A stretch of 64,000 nt of DNA from Fistulifera solaris (taxonomy: Eukaryota), in contig AP026131.1 in the NCBI GenBank assembly GCA_030295235.1, forward strand, positions 1,178,001 through 1,242,000, in the 5' to 3' direction. Shown piece by piece: positions 50,384 through 61,405 of this stretch; positions within the stretch are counted from its first letter, which is position 1; the number at the start of each line of letters is the position of its first letter. The notes beneath the pieces were generated by a model. It was not told the origin of the DNA. It made no database searches and saw nothing but the letters and a program-made list of their open reading frames with translations. The position numbers were made by a program, and so were the translations under genes.

Positions 50384-52085
50384 TTATTTCCGTGTCACTT
50401 TCTTTTTCTTGGCCGGAGGCTCTTTCTCTTGACGATTGCTTAACTCTTCGACGGCATCCGGTTCAATGGTCGCAAACGATTTCGTCGCACTTTCTTCCAC
50501 AACAAACAGAGTGTGCCCGTAACCACACGCCAGACTTTGCACCGTGCATCCATCCAACTTGGTCACAAAGGTCGGCTTGGCACTCGATTTTGCCGTTTCC
50601 AAACCCAATTCCCCGTGCGGACCTTGTCCCCAGGCCACCGTTTGTCCGGCCACCGTACTGCAGAATACCGTTTGACCCCCGGCGGCCATGTATTTCACCA
50701 CGTGTTGGTTGTGCGCGAGCACATCGACAAGTTGCGGGCGCAAGACGGCTTCGGCGTTGTTGCGGTGCTGTCCCCAGTAGTACACGTGACCGTTGTTTTG
50801 CAACAGCGAACAGTGGGCTCCCGCCGATACGGTCGGCGGCTCGGGACTGAAGGATAAAAGGTGCGGCAAGACACCAATGAGACGGGGAAGTACTCGTCGG
50901 CGACGCGGCCATGCCCCAAAACACCGTAATGTCCACAGCCCCAGGAAAAGACGCGACTGGGTTGATTGGAGGCGGCTTCGACGGCTAGCGTGTGATGCTT
51001 GCCGGCGGCAATGTATCCGATCTTGATCTTTTCATTCAGGGGAACGACTTTTGTTCCGATGAACTCGTGTGCAACTTTTCTCCGGGACAATAGCAGAATG
51101 TGGTCTGCGGTGTCAAGACTTGACAATTGGCAAAGGCCAGTTTGGAAGCTGTCACAAAGTATTCACCGGTTTCACCGTTGCCCAATTGTCCGTATTCGGA
51201 AGAACCGGTCGTGTACATAATTCCTTCGGTACTTAGAACGACGGTAAAGTCTTCGCCCGCGGTGATTTGCTGCACTTCCCCCACAAAGGGCATCGATTTC
51301 AAGTTCGGCACACTCTCGACTTTACTCTTGATACCACATTGACCCGATTTGTTGGATCCCACCGCCCACAAGGTACCATCTTGATACAGTAAAATGGTAT
51401 GAGACTTGCCCGTCGCGGCCGATCGGACAGGCGGACACGGCAATGCCGTGGGGTAGTAGACATTGGAAGGAAGTTGCGCCGTCAATTGCTGGGCTTCATT
51501 CCGTCCCCAACCGTAACAAGTTCCGTCCTCCGCGACCGCAATGCTGTGTACCGCCGAACAACTCGTAAACACGGACGCAATTTTGCGGGGCAACGACAAG
51601 ACGGTCGGGATGGTGAGATGATAGGCCGTCACATCGGTCGATTTGGTGCGTCCGACCGTCGTGACATCCAATGTTCCTGTTTGCACGAGAGAACCCGCCG
51701 TTATTTTACTTTTCTTGGGCGAAGAATCGATATACACGCGGCTGGTGTCGGCCGACGGGGTCGTCTTGTCTTCGTCGGCCTTTCGTCCGGGAGACTTTCT
51801 CTTGTCACTTGCAATATTTGTATTATTATTGTTACTACTCGTGTTTCCCACTCCTTCTTCTTGCATAAAACTCGCCCAAGCATTCGAAATGACGGGCGCC
51901 GCATCTTCACTGGCATTCAAACCGCGGCCTCGACTCTTCATAATGGCTTCAACGGCTTCTATGGGGAGACGCTGCGACTCGGACGACAAATCGGCCGCCA
52001 ATTTTTGTAAATCCTTGGCAGTGCCAAACCCGGGATACAAGATCGGATCGTGCTGATGAACGCGTGCCGATCGACGTGATGGCAT
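50384..52085 (-). CDS. RCC1-repeat protein, RCC2/TD-60-like; 2 homopolymer frameshifts
   Basis: WGRNEAQQL, GKSHT, GSNKSGQCG, GSSEYGQLGNGETGEY, WGCGHYGVLGH, WGQGPHGELG..KSSAKP and ACGYGHTL; C-terminal basic NLS-like tail. Slips at 51049-51052 and 50884-50887. Confidence 0.85.
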
Positions 52086-52578
52086 CGATGCTGCTGAAGG
52101 CGATGCAATACGATCGCTTGTATCCGGCTACAAAGCGGCGTTTTAATGATTGTTGTGTGTCATTGTCGCGAGCACACGCTGCGCTGCGACGATCGATGAT
52201 GCGGCGGACGACGAGGCGGCGGAGAACACGAAAGATGCGCGGCGGGCTACCTGTATGACATACAAAGTACCACGGCATCCGTCTCATCTACACACCGTTC
52301 GACAGTTACCGAATTTCGCGACACACGATAGTGTATCTGTAGTACGTGACCGAGTTTCAATTCCGTGGTACGTCCGTCACGGAGCCGATCCTGGATCATG
52401 ACTAACTTATTCCAGTCGTACGCGACTACACATTGGGATGACAGTCAAGATTTGAAAAAATTTGCGGACGCGGAGATCGATCGCGATGCAAGATGAAACA
52501 AATAAGGTTGTCGATCGGCACAAACCATGGCGATGCAGAGGTGTCTGTCGCTTTTCATTCTTACTTCACAAACAACGA

Positions 52579-54493
52579 ATGATACCTTCAAAGCTTCTTC
52601 TTGTTCTGTGGGCAACTCCGCCGAATCCTTCGCAGACGACGCGTCTGACGGCCTCCCTGGCAGGCCGGTCACGATGTAGCGGGTGATTTCCAACGACTCC
52701 AACACGCCATTCAATATACGGAAAAGGATGCGCAGTTTCAGTTTGATCAGAGACAAAAGGTCGTGCGTCAATTCCCCAAACAACTACAATTGTGGCGACC
52801 GTTCTTGCGAAAGAAACTCGTCGTACCACTCCTGGCGAGTACGATTCTTTCGGTTTTGCCCCATCGGTGGTTCCATCCTTGGTTGCGACTGCAATTTTTT
52901 TTCTTGTGTCGTCGTTCCTCCCTTCCTATTATTACTAATAATACGAAGGAACACACGACAGAACAATGATGTGAGTGACATTCGAACTTGTCTGTTGGAA
53001 CAATGGGCGACGGCTGTCATGGGGACGTTTCTTTTCGGTGCTTCCATTTCATCGGCCCATCGGTTCTGGATTCGGTTGGCGGCGCTGTGGTCCATCCATC
53101 AATTCCCTCGACTGCTGTATGAATTGCAAGAAACACCACGTCCGGTTGATGGGCTGTCCTATACATTGCAAAAGATACTTCCGATGCTTTGTTCCCCTTG
53201 GTGGTGGGCGGCCGAATTGGGATGCAGTGGATTGTTGACACCTACCGTGGCGGGGGGAATCGCCAGTGCTCTGTTGTTGGCCTATGTGTATCCGTCGTTG
53301 ATCCAACATCGAAATGTAATCGTCAAGTCTTTGGTGTTGGGCGTCGTGGGTCGATATTACGTTTGGAATCAAAAAGAAACCCTGTGGTATACGGTGCAAT
53401 GGCTTGCGACTCTCAACTCCGTAGGTCATCTTATGGCTCTCCTTGCGGCATTCGGTAGCTGGATCGGGCCATGGATCGTGCCGGTTGTCGCGCTGATGGG
53501 ACCGTGGCTTCATTTGAAGGCCTTTAATCAATTAATTCAAGTCAAGCTGATCCACAATGTGTCTTTGGATATGAACGCTGAACAAATGGAAGCTGCGTTG
53601 GCAAAGCCCCCGAACTGGTACTACTCGTTGCAATGGAGAGAACCGCGACGAATGAGACAGGTCTTACGAGCTGCCAAAGATCGCTTCTTGTATCATTTAT
53701 TATTCGCCGGAAGTGTCCAGGAGAAAATACGTCAAGAGAATCGAAAGATCGTGCGCCAACAAGAATTGAAAGGCAATCGAATCTGGGAACGCATTGCATT
53801 TTCCGACGCTACACAATGGAAAGCGAATGCCATGGAGCGAATGTCGAATCAGCACAAATATGATTACGAGCGGGGGAAGTATGAGGTACGTGTGAAGTGA
53901 TTCGACTTATTATTTCTTGTTTGCACCATCTGATGTTACTCTGGGTCACGAAGGATCCACTCGGAGTCGCTGTTTACAAGACTTTAGGAATCGGTCTCGG
54001 CTTCAATTTCGATCACATGAATGAATCTTCGGAAATACCTGAAACACGGCGTTTACAGGCAAGAGCGGCCAAAAGTGCGGTTCGACACGTCCAGGACTTG
54101 TACGGGATGAGCGCGGAAGTTTTGAGCCAAATGCCCGATGGTGAAGAGAAGACACAAAAGACATTGGAATTGAAGCACCGGATCGAACAGGAGACCGAAT
54201 CTCTCGCAAAGCGACTATCGGAGCTCATTCCAACGGACCGCGCGCTCCGCTTGAACAATGTCAAGTTGGAGATGTATAGCCGGGAATACAGAAAGGTATC
54301 TCCGACAGAAATGGTCCTTGTTGAGCAAGGACCGTCACCGTCAACCAGTCCCGTAAGCCAAAGGTTGCTAGAAAGTATGGCTGCGAGTAATCATCAAGGC
54401 GATTACGACGACATGGAGGAGTGGGAGCGGCAAATGACGACTTTGTTTGACGATGTCGACGGCGATGATACCATAAAAACCTACATGGCATAG
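52579..54493 (+). CDS. Hypothetical multi-pass membrane protein; 2 exons, 5' end uncertain
   Basis: Long hydrophobic ORF joined by intron 53886-53953 (YE|DPLGVAV). The N-terminal reconstruction needs removal of one base at ~52657 and one at ~52895-52902. Confidence 0.55.
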
Positions 54494-54521
54494 GCAAGGC
54501 CCATTGCCGTCGGGCCCAATA

Positions 54522-56774
54522 TTACAGGATTGTACATCTTACTCCTGGTGGGCAACCCAACGCACCAGCCAGGCCACCGGCAGTTGGTGCTTGAGGAGGC
54601 GGGGCAGGTCTTGCATCGCCGTCACCACTGTCGTCTGGCGCATACCCCAACTTAACGACTTCCACGAGTTTCTGCAACGTTGTGCTTTCTCGAAAGAGGT
54701 ATTCATCCGACAGCTTAACACCATAGCTGTTTTCCAACATTCCTTTGAACTGAGAAAGCGTGACACTATCCATGAAATTGACCAAGGATGTCGTTTTATC
54801 AACAGAAAGAGGCCCAGCGACTTTGTCGACATCACTTTGGAGTTTGGCTAGTATTTCGGCTTTCGACATGGATCGTAAGATAGCAATGTCCTGTTCGGAT
54901 GTTATGCGAGTTGTACCATTTGCTGTCTTCGGTGGACCGTCGATCTCAAATGGCGACGTTCCTTCATTGTTGACCCGAAATGACTTTCGGTGAACAACCT
55001 GAAGCGTGTTCGCGATGAATGCTTTCCGACACCAGGCTCGAGCGATTTTGCCGCTGCTAGTTTTCGGTACCGTTTTTGGCTTAATGAGGATGATTTCAGC
55101 GAGGGCAAGTGAATGTTCCTGATTGACAGCAGCCCGGACTTTATTTATTAAGTCCTCGCAAGTTTGAATTGGAGTTGAGGATTCTTTAATTTCCATTATG
55201 AGAGCGACTTCTTCGCCTTGTCCCCTATTTGTGTCAATCGTAAAAGCAGCGGTGCACCCCAGCCGGAACATATCCGACACGGCTTCTGCAGTGGCTTCAA
55301 TATCCTGCGGGTAATAATTACGTCCTCCAACAATAATCAAGTCCTTTAATCGTCCACAAATAAATAACTCATTTTCATAGACAAAACCCAAGTCTCCGGT
55401 TCGAAGATATCCTCGATCCGAACCCTCCATTTTCGCTTCAAAATCACGCGCGCTTTCTTCCGGCATATTGTAGTAACCTGCTGCCTTACTGGGAGAATAT
55501 AGCCATATCTCTCCAACGACCTTCTCGGGTTGTTCGTGGCTCGTTTGCGGATCAACAACTCTCAAATCAACACTATCAGGTGGATATCCACAGCCCACCA
55601 GAGTTGTCGCATGGTCGCCAGCGGCCAGCTCCACGTTTCCTTCCACTTCCAAAACCTCCTTATTCACCGACAGATGCTTTTTTCCATTCGTACAAACAAA
55701 TACCGTATGCTCTGCTAATCCGTACGTTGGAAATATCACATTGTCGGGGAAACCGAATGGATGGGTCGCTTGGTAAAATGCCTCCATACTTTCGACCGTC
55801 ACAGGCTCGGCGGCATTGATGACATGTCGTACCGTACTCAAGTCCAGCGGGGATGGCGGCGATTCCAGTTTGCGCGCCGTCAAGGCAAACGCAAAGTTGG
55901 GTGCTTGCAAGTGGGTGGCCTTATAGTGTGACACATACTTCAACCAATCTGACGGGCGTTGCAAAAGTGCAAGGGCGAAAAGTAGTAACCAGTGCCGCCA
56001 CAATACAGTACACCGAGAAAACTTCCAATGAGCCCCATGTCGTGATATTGGGGCAACCACGATACGACGATAGTATCGTCGGTGGCCTTCAATTCGGTCG
56101 TAATGATGTGTAGATTGTGTGCCAGATTACCGTGGGTCAATTGCACACCTTTCGGAGTCGATGTGGATCCCGACGTAAATTGCAAAAATGCCGTCTGTTG
56201 ACTCTGGATCGGATACGGCGCCGCGGCTTTGACATTCTTATTATAAGAAGAGTCCGTTTCAATCCACACCAATTGTTCAGGCCACGATACGGCACGAAAG
56301 GTGGTCAAGCGTTCCCGAATGTTGCTGGCCATTTTCAAATGATTGTATTCTTGACAGGTCAACGCCACCGTCGCTTGACAGTTTGCCACAATGAGACCGA
56401 ATTGCCGCAAAGTGTCACGTCGAGAAGGATTGGGTGGAAACACGGGGACGGCGACAATGCCCGCATACAAACAGGCGAGAAAGGCCGTCATGAATTCGAG
56501 ACCGGGAGGATACACCAAGACGGCACTGGAAAAAATCGTTCGTCAGTGTCATTTTGTGAGACACTCTCAATAACGCTTCCCATAGAACGTACCGATCACC
56601 TGCTTTTAATCCTTTCGAAAGAAGAAACGAAGCGACTTGTTTCATTCGTTGAGAAAGCTGCGCATACGTGAGAAGCTGCGGTTCTCCATCTTTTCGTAAA
56701 AAGCCAATGGCCGTCTTGTCGGGTTGCTTTTCCGTAAATATTGTCAATCGATCGAATAGTAAATCGTACGACAT
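54522..56774 (-). CDS. Fatty acyl-AMP ligase (FAAL) fused to C-terminal carrier-protein (ACP/PCP-like) domain with CaaX tail; 2 exons
   Basis: FLQFTSGSTSTPKGV, WLPQYHDMGLIG, PTYGLAEHTVFV, YLRTGDLG, GRLKDLIIVGGRNYYPQDIE and VPKTSSGKIAR. Then NFMDSVTLSQFKGMLENSYGVKL..LF..TTLQKL; ends RCTIL*. Intron 56592-56526; missing base at 55963-55966. Confidence 0.9.
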
Positions 56775-57225
56775 GATTGTATCTAGGAGGACGGGGTTTA
56801 CTCAAAAGCAATCAATGACATCAAAGAAAACAAACGCAAGAATCGTGGAGTATTATTTTGCAGCGCAAAAAAGTCGTCCGATTGGTTTCCGTTGAGACAT
56901 TCGTACCGCTACCTAATCCGTACATAATAAAAACGCCAGGCGCGTCAACAATAAACTGCTTACTTGTATCATAATTATCGACGGAGTTTCACGTTGCACT
57001 CAAATGAATGAGTTGGAGTCGCGCTGGAGAATGACTTTATCTAAGTAGTAAGTACCGGTACGGTACTAATTATACACTAATTATACAGTTGCGCGGCGCA
57101 TGACCGTTGCTCCGACCATCGAAGTCAGCCGAAACGAAACAAAACGACGAAACAATAATACAAAACTCCAAGGACCGTGTTGCATTCATTTGATTTCATT
57201 CCTTTCGCCTTCTTGTCTCGTCATC

Positions 57226-58268
57226 ATGTCAGAACCCAAACCCATGACCAAAGTTCTCATCTATGGAGGCAAAACCGGCTGGATCGGAGGCAAAATGTAC
57301 ACGCTGTGCAAGGAACACGGTGAGTTTTGAAGTTTGCCGGTCTCGCTGTACGCATCAGCTTTTCTTTCTCTTCAACTAAATTTTCTTTCCTACAGGCATC
57401 GAAGTGTACAACGCGGACTCTCGTATTGAGAATCGCGAAGCCGTCGCTGCCGAGTTGGACCGGATTCAACCTTCGCATGTTCTCATGTCGGCTGGTATCA
57501 CCGGACGCCCCAACATCGATTGGTGCGAAGACCACCGCCCGGAGACTATTCGCACGAATGTAATTGGCACTTTAAACGTTGCAGATTTGTGTAACGAGCG
57601 TGGCATTCATTGCACGGTTTACGCGACGGGCTGTATTTACACATATGATGCAGCACATCCACTCGGATCGGGCATCGGCTTCACTGAAGAAGATAAACCG
57701 AACTTTACGGGATCCTTTTACAGCGAGACAAAGTCGTACGTTGAGCCCTTGCTGAAGCAATATCCGACTTGCATGATTTTGCGTGTTCGAATGCCGATCT
57801 CCGATGACCTTAGCTCTCGTAGCTTCGTCACTAAGATCGCCAAGTACGAAAAGGTCGTCAACATCCCCAACAGTATGACTGTCTTGACGGAGTTGTTGCC
57901 CGCGTCCTTGAAAATGGCCCAGAAAGGATTGACCGGAATCTACAACTTTACCAACCCCGGCGTCATCTCGCACAACCAAGTCTTGGATTTGTACAAAAGT
58001 ACATTGACCCCGATTTCCAGTACTCCAACTTTACCATTGAAGAGCAGAACGAAATTTTGAAAGCCCCCGATCCAACAACGAATTGGATACCACCAAGTTG
58101 TTGCGGGATACGGAAGGTATTGAAATCAACGACATTTTGACGGCCATGGATTTGTGCTTCCAGCGCATGAAGAAGAATCTGGAAGCCGAAGGCATTCTAC
58201 CGGATAATTTGCCCAAAGAGTTCAAACACAAGGTGCACGGTGGAACGGGAGAGTCCTTGAAGAAATAG
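57226..58268 (+). CDS. Bifunctional NDP-4-keto-6-deoxyglucose 3,5-epimerase/4-reductase (NRS/ER, rhamnose synthesis); 2 exons
   Basis: IYGGKTGWIGG, GITGRPNIDWCE, YATGCIY, NFTGSFYSETK, LRVRMPIS, NIPNSMT, NFTNPG.ISHN and APRSNNELD. Intron 57320-57395; slips at 57995-57998 and 58064-58068. Confidence 0.92.
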
Positions 58269-58350
58269 GCTGGTGGAATGGAAGATTGCAATAGTTGGTG
58301 TTTTGCTTTGTTAATTCATCCTACGTAATTGGCTGTTACTGAACAAGTCT

Positions 58351-58923
58351 TCATGGACTATTGTGATCTACTTTTGCTCCGTAATCTTTAGGAATTGACT
58401 TGCCAAAGGAACTTGCTTTGCTTTCGATCTGCTTCAAAGCATTCTCGCGAAAAGCATCGTCGGCTTCGTTGATCAGAAATGGCTCCATCGTATCAAGACT
58501 CTCTGCAAAGTTGTCACCATCCAGATGCTCAATCAGCAGCTCCACGTGCTGCAAAAGCATGCCACTCCCGGCAGTTTTATCCATAGACTCATCGCCACCG
58601 TGGAGATGAAAGGGTGGTTGATGCGATGCATCGGAAGCAAAGTCGGGCGGAATGTTCATCCCCAGGTGGTGTGCTTTGCGATTGAGTCGTCGCATGGCTT
58701 CTCGATAGTCGTCGCTGTCGACTTTATGGATTAGCAACGATTCGATCTTTTGCATCTTGTCCGTAAAGTTGTGCGCGTCAAGTTCATCTATCATAAAATC
58801 CAGTTCCTCGTCCGTTTCGGCCATGCAAAGCTTCCCACTACGGTGCGCGTTGTATCTAGGAATCGGAACATGAAATGCTTCCGTGGTTAGCAAGAAAATA
58901 GGCGCAATGATGGAGAGCTTCAT
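58351..58923 (-). CDS. Plastid-targeted hypothetical protein made of two ~57-aa helical repeats
   Basis: Signal ending TEA-F plus transit-like peptide. Repeats LDFMIDELDAHNF..IESLLI..KAHHLGMNIPPDFA and VELLIEHLDGDNF..MEPFLI..KASSFGKSIPKDYG. Confidence 0.75.
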   Translation of the reverse strand: MKLSIIAPIFLLTTEAFHVPIPRYNAHRSGKLCMAETDEELDFMIDELDAHNFTDKMQKIESLLIHKVDSDDYREAMRRLNRKAHHLGMNIPPDFASDASHQPPFHLHGGDESMDKTAGSGMLLQHVELLIEHLDGDNFAESLDTMEPFLINEADDAFRENALKQIESKASSFGKSIPKDYGAKVDHNSP

Positions 58924-59409
58924 GTTGTAAGAATAAACGGGTCGATGTTGTGTGTTGAGAAAAGAATGTGGGATGCTAAACTGAGTATCTTTTTTGTGGA
59001 GATCTGTATTTTTCTTTTCATTATTCTGGAATTCGGTTGCACAACGCTCGAACAGATCATCGGAGTTCGCATCGCTTCAATGAGGCCTCGATCGAAATCC
59101 TGATAAATCAAATGAAAAATAAAAAGAAAAGACAAACTAAATGTGCTTATTTTATGAAAGGCGTGCTTATCAAAATGAATATTGCTTTACATAATAAATT
59201 AATTCGTGGAGTGACCATCCGGTGTCGTCATTCCGGGGCCCAGCTGGCGATAACCTTAGCTCGTTTCGTGACTCGCCCTGAAACGCGAATCCGCGCCTCC
59301 ATCCACGCTCGCAGAAAAAAAAACAGCAGCATAGGCGACGATCGCGAAAGGCAAAAGAACATCATTAAATTTGATATATATTGAATTACTAACCCAACAA
59401 ACAATTCCG

Positions 59410-60505
59410 ATGCCACGAAAACGAAAAGAGACAAGTTACAAAGAGTCCGACGGAAGCGATTATCAAACGGAAAGTGATGTCACTGCCGACGAAGATGACG
59501 AGGATAGTTTGACGGACGAGTCGGATCAAAAGCCTCCGGCCAAGAAAAAGAGCAAAGCGTCGAGCCCCAAAAAAGACTTCCAGTGCAAAGAAAACTCCCA
59601 GTGTGAAGAGAAATACGCCTATTTATGACGTTGACGACGACGAAGAAGATCTTCTTCCCACCGAATTTCGAAAAACGGTAGCCGGCGGTTATGCGCACAC
59701 CAACAAATCCAAGCTCAAAATCTCTCAGGCCAACAAAGGCAATGTCCCCTGGAACAAGGGAAAGGAACGGAGTGCCTTGCAACGCGCTAAAATTGCCGCG
59801 GGTGTGAGAGCACGAAATCGAGAAGCTCTCTTGAAAAAGTTGGCAGTCCTGGGATTGACCGAAGAAGAATACGAAACGAAGCAAAAGAAAGTCAGCAATT
59901 TGCGAGATCGGTTGTGGAAACTGAAGAAGCAAAATAAGGAAAAGGCGGAGAGGTTTACTGAACATTTGCGAAAGCTAGAAAAGGGGGAAGCGGCTCAGAA
60001 AGAAGAAGATCGGCTTAAGCAGCAGTCGCAGCAACAGGCAATCCTTCAAGAGGAACAGCAGCAACAGCAAGATGTAGAAGTTGAGGAAGAGGAAGTCGAA
60101 GAATCTAATGAAGAAGAGAATGCGGACGATGAAGATAGTGCAAATGAGAAGGAAGATAGAGACGATCGATTGCATCCTGTTTTGGCTGTTTTCACACCAG
60201 ATATTCAATGGACGCCTCACACGTTTGATCCGGCTCCCAAACACCTCAAACAACGACTTGTTCGATACAACGAAATATGCCCCAATAAGGGTCCAGGAGG
60301 ATTGATTTGCTGTTCTGTATGTGCCGCCACATATTCGAAGTACATGTCTTCTACACTGAAAAGCATGACAGTGCAACGCACGAGTAAGCTGGCAGCGGAA
60401 TCAGAGGAATTGCTGGATATGCTAACTGTTGCCAAGAGTCGACTTGTAGAATCGGTAAAGGGTGCTCGAAAGAAGCCTCCACCCGTCCCTTCTATGACAA
60501 TTTGA
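59410..60505 (+). CDS. Protein with NUMOD3-like DNA-binding motif, coiled coil and C-terminal Cys cluster
   Basis: HTNKSKLKISQANKGNVPWNKGKERS...RAKIA, acidic tract and CPNKGPGGLICCSVC. The A6 run at 59569-59574 shifts frame between the two ORFs. Confidence 0.7.
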
Positions 60506-60544
60506 ACACTTGTATATTTTTGATTTAACTTATTTTTTCTTTTT

Positions 60545-61065
60545 TTAAATAAGTGTACCGAAAATAGCCCCACTTGCTAAACCAAAAGCTCCGATTCGCT
60601 CTTTCTCGAAAAACTTCTGCACTGAATCGGGATTGAGATGGCGATGAACGTGTCCTCGGAATGTGGTAGCATGGTGCAAAACATGGGTCTTTACATTCTC
60701 AATCATATCACCTTGCTGCTTGGAGAGGGGGAGGAAGATCCTTGAGGACGCCCGTATGATGTAAAATTTCCGTTCTAAATGGTTGCATCCGTGAGCGTCA
60801 CAAACGAAACGGAAAGATAAAAATCACCCGACAATTATACGTACGTAATAAAAGCAGCAGCACCCAATTTCAAGACTCCCATTGCCGTATTGAGAGCAAT
60901 TCGTGTTCCCACGAAGCCAATAGCCGCCGTCGTTGCGAATTGAGCCTTGGGTGAAAGTTCGTTGTATTTCTCTTCCAAAAATTGGAGCGGTCCTACGTTA
61001 TTATCGGCCACCGTCTGATGGAACGCGAAAGTGGAAAACAGAGCAATAATTATTTTCTTGATCAT
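60545..61065 (-). CDS. Small membrane protein, FUN14-like, with N-terminal signal peptide; 2 exons
   Basis: QFATTAAIGFVG...KLGAAAFITTEILHHTGVL and C-terminal GAFGLASGAIFGTLI*. Intron 60844-60775; one slip near 60719-60731. Confidence 0.55.
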
Positions 61066-61405
61066 GATAAGATGAGTACTGGTAAGGTAGCGTTTGCTTC
61101 AATACTTCTATCGTGAAGAAAGATTTATAAGGTTGCGTCGCGTCGTGTTGACACCATTTTTATTTATTTGAAAAGGAGGAAAATCTTGCGCGAACGCGTG
61201 GCCATTATACATGATGTTACCCAGTAAGATACAAGCACGTTTTTTTAGAATGGAGCGATGTTCACTATGATCCAAAGTGTTTTCCGTTTTCTCCATGACT
61301 GGAAATTCAGTCATGAGTAAAATTAAGCTACTCACTCCGGAGCTTACGAGGAATGCGAAGAATAACGCTTACATAGCTTTGTTAAAAAAAACATTAAAAT
61401 GGACC

